A stretch of 52,412 bases of DNA from a virus (Duplodnaviria; Caudoviricetes): positions 1 to 52,412 of IMG/VR virus record IMGVR_UViG_3300025838_000051. One strand, 5' to 3'. Position 1 is the stretch's first letter. Each line of letters opens with the position of its first letter. Below the pieces are notes generated by a model, which saw only the letters and a list, made by a program, of their open reading frames with translations, did no database searches and had not been told where the DNA came from. Below, piece by piece: positions 45,631 to 52,412 of the stretch. A program made the position numbers and the translations under genes.

Positions 45631-46443
45631 ATGGCAGATCAGTATAACAGCCTTACCCGTCCTTTTCACAATTTGTCCGCATCCACCGACCCCACTACCA
45701 GCTCTGATTCCACCCAAGGTTACAGCCAAGGATCTTTCTGGTACAACCTTACCTCCAGCCGTACTTGGCTGTGCATTGACCCGACAGCTGGAGCGGCCAA
45801 GTGGATTTTCGACGGGGCAAACTACAACAGCGGCGGTTCCGAGCCTAACAACGTAGTAACACAGTTTGGTGGCAGTCCATTAGGCTCCATATTTGGCGTG
45901 TTTTTTGAAGAAGGCAACCTTTATCGCAATTGCGGCAACCCAATCAAAGGGAATCTTGCCAACACAAGCGACAACATCCTTGACGGATTTGTCATGCCTG
46001 CCGGGGCTTTTGACGTTGCCAACCGCCAACTGATGATCAATTTCAACGGATCGTTTGGGGCCAACAACAACAGCAAGCGGGTTAAGGTCTGGATCAATCC
46101 AAACATGTCTGGCCAGACCATTGCCAATGGCGTGATTACAGGTGGTACTGTGACAGGCGTCGGTAGCGGTGCCCTGATCTTTGACACGGGTGTCGTGACT
46201 ACCAACAATGGTGGTTGGCAGATTGACGTCGTTCTTTGCAAATACGGTGCGACGGGCAGCAATACCCAGTACACCATTGGCCAAGGCATGACGGGGGCGA
46301 TCCATCTCGGATCCAGTTTGCCTATTTACACCACCATCAACGAAGCCAACGCCATGAACATTCTGGTCACGGGGGCAAGCCCGACCACAGGGGCGGCAAA
46401 CGATGTTGTGCTTGGTTACACCGAAATCAACGCGATGAACTAA
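45631..46443 (+). CDS. virion structural / decoration-like protein
   Basis: G/N/T-rich; DPT..SD..QGYSQGSFWYN...W.C.D.T.GAAKW module; in the head operon. Confidence 0.6.
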   Translation: MADQYNSLTRPFHNLSASTDPTTSSDSTQGYSQGSFWYNLTSSRTWLCIDPTAGAAKWIFDGANYNSGGSEPNNVVTQFGGSPLGSIFGVFFEEGNLYRNCGNPIKGNLANTSDNILDGFVMPAGAFDVANRQLMINFNGSFGANNNSKRVKVWINPNMSGQTIANGVITGGTVTGVGSGALIFDTGVVTTNNGGWQIDVVLCKYGATGSNTQYTIGQGMTGAIHLGSSLPIYTTINEANAMNILVTGASPTTGAANDVVLGYTEINAMN

Positions 46444-46453
46444 GGGGCAGCCC

Positions 46454-48904
46454 TTGATTTCATATGTCGCAAATTTCGGGGCACTTAAAGCCCAGCGAGT
46501 CCGCCGCAACGGCAAGGACTGGCTGGTCGCTCCGATTGTGTCTATCGTCCCTGGCATCCTTCCCGGAAGTCAGGGACGTCTGTTGTATCCCGAAAGCGAA
46601 GTGAAGGATTCAACACCGGAATGGGATGGCATTCCGATCACCCAATACCATCCGACTACCGAAAATGGCGATCCGGCTTCCGCGCAGGATCCCGGAGTCC
46701 TGCAAAGGCAGGGCATCGGTTACCTTGCCAAATCGCAATACAACGGCAAGCTGACCCATCAAGCATGGTTTGATGTTGAGCGAACCAAACGGATTGATTC
46801 CCGCATTTATCAGGCTTTAATCAAGGGGCACCCGATGGAGGTGTCCACTGGCCTGTTTACCGACAATTATGACCCTCAACCCAATGAAACTTGGAAGGGG
46901 CAATCGTTCGATTATGTGGCCCGGAATTACAAGCCGGACCATTTGGCCATCTTGCCTGATCAGGTGGGAGCCTGTAGTCGAAACGACGGGTGTGGATTGC
47001 TGGTCAACAAATCAAAGCAGAGTGATTCCATGTCGCTACAAAAATATCATTTGCTGCGGAATTTCATGGCCCTGATCGACAATGCAGGTGCCAACCAGGT
47101 GCGGCGTGGCAATGGTCAATTCGGGGCCTACGGCGAAGGCACTGGCAAAGGCCCCGTCCATGAAGCGGCCAAAGCAGGAGCCCGCCACCACGTCGATGAT
47201 GGTAGCGACGACAGCGATGATGAAGACAACGAAGAAGAAGACGATGAAGACAGCGGACTGGACGATCCTAACGAAAAGGATTCGGACAATTACGACCCCA
47301 TGACCGGGGATGAATTGACCTCCACCAAAGGCGGCAAAAAAGCTGCCAGAAATTTCTTCAAGGCCTTCCAGGCAATCCTGAATGCGGACGCGCTGGAAGA
47401 GGATGAGGAAGAGACCGGCAACGATGTTGACGGTGATGGCGAAGACGGCGAATCCGAGGAACACAAAACCAAGATCAAGGCGGCACGCATGAAATCTCGC
47501 ATGAAATCCAATCGCACCCGAAACGCCAATGGCATGATCTGCGACAACTGTGGTGTCACTGCCAACAGCAAGGGCATGTGCGTCAACTGCGGCAAACGTG
47601 TCACCGCCAATGCCGGAGGCTTCTCCAAGGAAGATCGAGCCAACGACGCAACCAAGACCGCTGCTGCTGCGTCCCTCCAGACCGACAGCGACAAAAGCAT
47701 GGGGCACGCCATCAAGACCATCGAAGCGGCCAAAGATGGCGATTCTGCGAGTGCGGCCAAGGTCCATCTGCAAGCTGCCAAGCAGCATGAAAGCGAAGCA
47801 CTTGAATCCCGCAAAAATGGTGACGACATGGGGGCCCAGCAACACGATAGTGCTGCTGCTGCTCACCGGAAAGCTGCCAGCTGCCATTTTGCCAATGCTG
47901 ACACACAAGGAGTAGCGAACATGTTTGCTTTGAATGATTTGCTGACCGACGACCAACGTAAGGCTTATTTCGCGAAAATGGCCGACGGGGGTGGAGATGA
48001 AACCAGGTCGGCCATGAAAGCCTCGGAATCAGCCCAGAAAAACGGCACAAAGGCGGCCCATCAAAAAGCTGCTGCTGCCCACAAGGAAGCCAAGGAGCAT
48101 CACGAATCGGAAGGCAACACAGAACTTGCTGAAGCCCATGGCAAGGCAGCAACTTACCACTCCAGAAAGGCAAAAGGGGTCAAAAACATGGCAATAAACA
48201 AGTTACGACTGGTGCAGAGGTTGATCAACAACGGTTGTGCCTGCAACAGCGACCGCAAGACACTGCTGTCGTTGTCCACCAAAACCCTGAACGCCATGGC
48301 CAAAAAGGGCGTCATGGCGGACAACGACGAAGATGACGATGACGAAGACTACGAAGACCATCGGCTTGACGACGACGAAGATGACGTCGATGAAGATGAG
48401 GACAAGGATGACATGAAAAACAACGATGGCGAGCTGATGCACAGCTTCGATCAGGCTACCGGCAAGGGCAGCCTTTCCGAAGGCCAGCAGTCCGGCGGAA
48501 AGGGGACTCGCGATGAGTACAAATCCCCCAAAAGGGACAACAAGGGGGACGGCAAGAACTATGCCTCCACCGACAACCGCCTGACCAGTCAGGAGCGGGC
48601 TATCCTCAATCGGTTCCTTGAGCAGGAAAAGAGGGAAAAGCTCCAGATTGTCAACAAGCTGATTTCCGGCCTCAGGGACAACACCCAACGGAACCTTGTT
48701 GGCAATCAATACATGAAGATGGATAAAGATGTCTTGCGTTCCTTGCTGGAGTCCCAGTTCCCACATGAGCCAACCCCAATCTATCAGGGAGCGGCCGTAC
48801 CTGCCTTCAATGCTGCACCCAGCGAGGAATTCAAAAAGGATATCCTTGATATCCCTGTTATCAACTATGCCGATCTCGCGGCAGAAAACAAGAAGCGACG
48901 TTAA
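46454..48904 (+). CDS. prohead protease (DUF2213-like) fused to a long scaffold region
   Basis: LYP...WDGIPIT..HP, EVSTG, PDHLAILPDQVGACS..DGCG; acidic and His/Ala-rich C-terminal region. Confidence 0.8.
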   Translation: MISYVANFGALKAQRVRRNGKDWLVAPIVSIVPGILPGSQGRLLYPESEVKDSTPEWDGIPITQYHPTTENGDPASAQDPGVLQRQGIGYLAKSQYNGKLTHQAWFDVERTKRIDSRIYQALIKGHPMEVSTGLFTDNYDPQPNETWKGQSFDYVARNYKPDHLAILPDQVGACSRNDGCGLLVNKSKQSDSMSLQKYHLLRNFMALIDNAGANQVRRGNGQFGAYGEGTGKGPVHEAAKAGARHHVDDGSDDSDDEDNEEEDDEDSGLDDPNEKDSDNYDPMTGDELTSTKGGKKAARNFFKAFQAILNADALEEDEEETGNDVDGDGEDGESEEHKTKIKAARMKSRMKSNRTRNANGMICDNCGVTANSKGMCVNCGKRVTANAGGFSKEDRANDATKTAAAASLQTDSDKSMGHAIKTIEAAKDGDSASAAKVHLQAAKQHESEALESRKNGDDMGAQQHDSAAAAHRKAASCHFANADTQGVANMFALNDLLTDDQRKAYFAKMADGGGDETRSAMKASESAQKNGTKAAHQKAAAAHKEAKEHHESEGNTELAEAHGKAATYHSRKAKGVKNMAINKLRLVQRLINNGCACNSDRKTLLSLSTKTLNAMAKKGVMADNDEDDDDEDYEDHRLDDDEDDVDEDEDKDDMKNNDGELMHSFDQATGKGSLSEGQQSGGKGTRDEYKSPKRDNKGDGKNYASTDNRLTSQERAILNRFLEQEKREKLQIVNKLISGLRDNTQRNLVGNQYMKMDKDVLRSLLESQFPHEPTPIYQGAAVPAFNAAPSEEFKKDILDIPVINYADLAAENKKRR

Positions 48905-48964
48905 ACCGGCTAGCGATACAACGCCAGCAATACTCACAAATCATTTGAATTAAGGATCAATCAC

Positions 48965-49480
48965 ATGGCAAAAGGGCAAGAAATCGTTTTGACCAGCAAT
49001 CCCCGGGGTAATTACCTCGAAGGAATCATTGGCGATGCTTCGTTACCCGGGACCATCATGCAGATCAAGGCGGGCGTTGATGCTGTCAACGGCCGTCATA
49101 CCTGGGTGGCTTTGGGCAACCAGTCCGGTAACACCTACAACCCCGGTGCAGCTACGGATCCGCGATTGACCGCGATCCTGCTTCCCGACCGGTTACAGGG
49201 TTTTACGCAATCGACTGCGTACGTTTCCGGCCAGAGGTGTTTCCTTTATTGCCCGATTCCGGGCGATGAACTCAACGTGCTTTGTGCGGCCCAGCAGGGT
49301 ACAGGCAGCGCGGACGCCTACTTCGTTGGCGAACGGCTTGTCCCGTCCGTAAGCTCCGGATCCAACGGCCAGCTTGTGGTGCAGTCCACCAGCGGATCCC
49401 GGGCCCCGTTCGTGAGCGCGGAACATATCAACCTGACAGCGGATGTCGCTGGCCTCGTGTGGTGCTACTACGCGGGCTAG
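48965..49480 (+). CDS. capsid decoration / cement protein
   Basis: Between protease and major capsid; EG...PG...AY.SG.R...P.PGDELN pattern. Confidence 0.7.
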   Translation: MAKGQEIVLTSNPRGNYLEGIIGDASLPGTIMQIKAGVDAVNGRHTWVALGNQSGNTYNPGAATDPRLTAILLPDRLQGFTQSTAYVSGQRCFLYCPIPGDELNVLCAAQQGTGSADAYFVGERLVPSVSSGSNGQLVVQSTSGSRAPFVSAEHINLTADVAGLVWCYYAG

Positions 49481-49541
49481 TCAATAATCCCTGTCGATTG
49501 CCAAGGTTTTCAAAAGAGTTAATCAACGAAAGGATCAACAG

Positions 49542-50783
49542 ATGGCAGCTGCAATGGACTATATTCTGAATGGTGCCGGTCATGGTGCTGTCGGCCAAAC
49601 ACTGGTTGACAACAATTTCGATCTGGGACTATTCCGGCCATATCGCGACGAACGCGGTATTCCTTGCGTTTCCAAAGCTACAGGCCGTTGGGTTTACAAC
49701 GAAAAACACAAGCGAATGGTGCAGGAACGAGAGCAGGTCCGCATCTCCGACCTTGTTGCCAATGGCGTACAGGTGCCCGTGCATAACGCCACCGCCCTTC
49801 GCAAGGAAGAATGGGTGATGCTGGACCAAAAGGTCCTGCTTGCGGCACGCTACCGCTTGCGTGCATGGGCTGACCTGGCTGCTGCCAACAGCTTTGGCGG
49901 GTTCAATGGTATGTCCAAGCTGATCTTGGAACATGAAACCATGACCGATCCCGGCGAGGCCATTGTGGACTTCGATGGCCTGACTGAGGGTAGGTCCGAT
50001 TCTCCGACCTACCAGCTCCAGGGGCTGCCTCTCCCCATCACCCATGCCGATTTCAGTTTCTCGGCAAGGCGTATGGGCGTGAGCAGGAATTCCGGAACGC
50101 CTCTTGATACCACCATGGCCGAAGCAGCTGCCCGGCGTGTGGCGGAATCCATCGAAAAGGTGACCATCGGTGTCAATCAAGGGCCCACTTATGGTGGCAA
50201 CTCTACCCAGGTAGGCGGCTATGGTCGTTCTGCTACGGTTTACGGTTACACCAACTTCACCGGGCGACTGACCTACACCAGCGTCGTAGCTCCGACCGCC
50301 AACGGCTACAGTCCTGCCAAGACCCTCGCCAACGTCCTGGCTATGCGTGACCAGCTCAAAGCCAACAAGTTCTTTGGTCCTTACATGCTGTATACCAGCA
50401 ACGATTGGGATCAGTACATGGATACGGACTACATTCTCACCGGTGGAAATGTAGCGACTCAAACGCTGCGAAACCGTCTGCGTGAGATTGACGACATCGA
50501 AGACGTCCGCAGGCTGGACTTCCTGTTTGCGTCCCAGCCCAATGCAGCCAAGGGCCCGGGTGGTGAAGGCTTTACCGCAACCGCAACCAGTCCCTTCACC
50601 CTGCTGCTGGTCCAGATGACTCCCGATGTTTGCCGGGCTGTCAACGGGATGGATATCACCACCATCCAGTGGCCAACGGTTGGCGGACTCCAGCTGAATT
50701 TCAAGGTCATGGCCATTCAGGTGCCCCAGCTTCGTGCCGATGCCTACGGCAACTGTGGTATCTGCCATGGTACCACGGCTTAA
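49542..50783 (+). CDS. major capsid protein (HK97 fold, encapsulin/Linocin-M18-like type)
   Basis: NATALRKEEWVMLD, PLPITHADF...R, LDTTMAEAAARRVAESIE, YGYTN, FKVMAIQVPQLR. Confidence 0.88.
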   Translation: MAAAMDYILNGAGHGAVGQTLVDNNFDLGLFRPYRDERGIPCVSKATGRWVYNEKHKRMVQEREQVRISDLVANGVQVPVHNATALRKEEWVMLDQKVLLAARYRLRAWADLAAANSFGGFNGMSKLILEHETMTDPGEAIVDFDGLTEGRSDSPTYQLQGLPLPITHADFSFSARRMGVSRNSGTPLDTTMAEAAARRVAESIEKVTIGVNQGPTYGGNSTQVGGYGRSATVYGYTNFTGRLTYTSVVAPTANGYSPAKTLANVLAMRDQLKANKFFGPYMLYTSNDWDQYMDTDYILTGGNVATQTLRNRLREIDDIEDVRRLDFLFASQPNAAKGPGGEGFTATATSPFTLLLVQMTPDVCRAVNGMDITTIQWPTVGGLQLNFKVMAIQVPQLRADAYGNCGICHGTTA

Positions 50784-50821
50784 CCCCTGATCCGCTAGGT
50801 TTTCTGTTTCAAGGAGTGCAG

Positions 50822-51322
50822 ATGTATATGGCGTTAGAAGAACCAAGAAAATACCGGTTGCTTGCCGGGGAACATGTCCAAGACATCCCCGGCACGACTG
50901 GTCCCAATGGCCTTCCCCTGACCCAGAAATTCCGGGCAGGGGATGTTTTCGAGTCTTACACCGATCTGGAAGAAAGACTCAACTCGAAGGATCAGGCTTG
51001 CGACAAAAAAGTCGAGAGAGTCTACGACAGCGATCCTTACACCAATTCTCCGCCTGATCCAGGTTCCCAGTGGCAGAAGCGTGCCGACGAAACGCCTCAG
51101 CAGTTCGCGGAGCGTGTCATGAAACTGGCATTGGCCGAACCATCTCCGCCGCCGCCTGCTCCAATCCCATTGGCGACAGCGGCAACAGCTGTGAACTTCA
51201 TGGCGACGTATGAGGCCATGACGGTAGCTCAGCTGAAAGCGTATTGCGAATCTGAAGAGATCGATTTGAGAGGTGCCCGCACCAAGGAAGAGATCCTTGC
51301 AGTGCTGCGGGCTCAAGGTTAA
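50822..51322 (+). CDS. head-associated protein with C-terminal SAP/Rho-N-like helix pair
   Basis: YEAMTVAQLKAYC...IDLRGARTKEEILAVL; AAGGAG RBS. Confidence 0.65.
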   Translation: MYMALEEPRKYRLLAGEHVQDIPGTTGPNGLPLTQKFRAGDVFESYTDLEERLNSKDQACDKKVERVYDSDPYTNSPPDPGSQWQKRADETPQQFAERVMKLALAEPSPPPPAPIPLATAATAVNFMATYEAMTVAQLKAYCESEEIDLRGARTKEEILAVLRAQG

Positions 51323-51384
51323 TTCTGCGGGGGCGGAATTGCCAGACGGGGCACGATCCGTACAGGCAGGTGCAACGCCAGCCA

Positions 51385-51451
51385 TACCGGGTAGTTTAAG
51401 CGGAAAAACGACTGTTGCAGTCATGCGGGGTTCGATTACCTGCCCTGGTGT
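51385..51451 (+). ncRNA. degenerate tRNA-like element
   Basis: 7-bp acceptor stem, D-arm GTTT-AAGCGGAA-AAAC, arm GACTG-TTG-CAGTC, T-arm GCGGG-gTTCGATTa-CCTGC. Confidence 0.5.
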
Positions 51452-51495
51452 TGTAAAAACGGGAGTCTTGCAACCATTAACTTTTAGGGGAACCG

Positions 51496-51744
51496 ATGGA
51501 TGTTCACGTTTTACGCCTCGTTATTAGTTCCCTCACTGCTATTTGCGGGATGTGCATTTTCGGTATCGTACTGTCGAACGCTCTGGGGCATGACGTTCCG
51601 CCTACCTTGGGAGCTATTGCAAGCATGGCTGCCGGGTCGCTGGTTGGAATCCTTGTCACTCCGGCAGGCGTCGCAGCAAACAAGGCGGCGCAGCAAAAAA
51701 ACGCAAGTGATGATGCCTCCCCTCCTTCCCATGGAGGTCGTTAG
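51496..51744 (+). CDS. two-TM membrane protein, holin-like
   Basis: Two hydrophobic helices and a polar C-terminus. Confidence 0.55.
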   Translation: MDVHVLRLVISSLTAICGMCIFGIVLSNALGHDVPPTLGAIASMAAGSLVGILVTPAGVAANKAAQQKNASDDASPPSHGGR

Positions 51745-51801
51745 TCACGAATCCGTTCACTAAGGTTTTAGCCCCATATCAAAGTTAGGAGCACAGTTGT
51801 T

Positions 51802-52412
51802 ATGAGAGCCTGGATACTTGTTGCACTGCTTCTGTTGTGTCAGGCCACCTGCCAAGGTGCTGACCTCACCCTCCCGGCTACCATCACCGGCGAGCCAGGG
51901 GATTTCCTCAGAGTTTCGGCGACCACAACCGGGACCTGTGTGAAATGGAAATCGTACAACAAAGAGTTAAAGCTCTTCCCGATGGATCAGCTCAAGGATA
52001 CGAAAACCGCGATTGTGACCGCGACGAAGCCCGGAAAATATAGGCTTTTTGCAGTCACCAGCGACGCAAGCGGGCCGAGCGATATTGCAGAAACTGAGAT
52101 CGTGATTACCGGCCAGCCTGATCCGGCTCCCGGACCCGGTCCACAGCCAACACCAACCCCGACTCCAACGCCTGCCGACACTGCTCCGATTCCTGCTCCG
52201 GGGTTTCGTGTGCTGGTGATCTATGACACCCTTACAGTGACTACGTTGCCAGCAGCACAGCAAAACGCATTGTTTTCCAAGGCTATCAGCGAATACTTGA
52301 ACGCCCGTTGCATCCGTGGGCAGGATATGAAAACTCCGGAATGGAGGTTTTTCGATGCCAAGATTGATCCATCAGCCGATGGGGCCTTGTGGGTGGAAGC
52401 CATGAAACGGCC
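51802..52412 (+). CDS. secreted protein with Ig-like N-domain and Pro/Thr linker; runs off the window (absent from ORF track)
   Basis: AGGAG RBS; MRAWILVALLLLCQATCQGADLTLPATITGEPG...PGKYRLFAV...PDPAPGPGPQPTPTPTPTP...FRVLVIYD; frame open to the end. Confidence 0.75.
   Translation, partial: MRAWILVALLLLCQATCQGADLTLPATITGEPGDFLRVSATTTGTCVKWKSYNKELKLFPMDQLKDTKTAIVTATKPGKYRLFAVTSDASGPSDIAETEIVITGQPDPAPGPGPQPTPTPTPTPADTAPIPAPGFRVLVIYDTLTVTTLPAAQQNALFSKAISEYLNARCIRGQDMKTPEWRFFDAKIDPSADGALWVEAMKR

Noticed and set aside
49542-50783. Encapsulin nanocompartment or bacteriocin
   Set aside because: Lies in a full head operon with portal, protease and terminase, so it is the phage capsid.
49629-50846. 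405-aa antisense ORF over the capsid gene (also 47036..47956 and 48203..48937)
   Set aside because: Mirror frames of strongly codon-biased genes; no motifs or RBS.
1-52412. CRISPR array, rRNA, IS transposase, DNA polymerase
   Set aside because: No regularly spaced repeats or diagnostic motifs seen by eye.

Overview
The window is most of the genome of a temperate siphovirus-like tailed phage (Caudoviricetes), opened between its head and tail modules. The host is inferred to be a planctomycete (Gemmataceae-like), from four TIGR02996-type 'YADWLE' proteins, the style of the integrase and a signal-peptide protein in the lysis region. Gene order: neck/tail genes with a -1 frameshifted tail chaperone, tape measure and tail fibre (1-9.5 kb); a glycosylation cassette (9.5-13.1 kb); a leftward accessory operon (13.3-14.8 kb); an attP-like 3' half of tRNA(CAT), tyrosine integrase, excisionase and RHH regulator (15-17.6 kb); recombination/replication genes (gp157, Bet, ParB-like, SF2 and RecD-like helicases, VRR-NUC, sigma-like factor; 17.6-29.5 kb); a ParB + ABC-GNAT + ASCH locus (30.4-32.5 kb); a leftward early block (32.5-36.7 kb); packaging and head genes, then the start of lysis genes (38.4-52.4 kb). 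The strongest leads are: four TIGR02996-type proteins that may mimic host immune sensors; a ~310-nt highly structured candidate ncRNA; a 27-bp palindrome found inside the ParB-like gene and upstream of two late genes; a terminase large subunit split by an unrelated ORF; a probable +1 frameshift extending the portal; and tandem degenerate tRNA-like elements. All family assignments come from motif recognition by eye; no database search was run.
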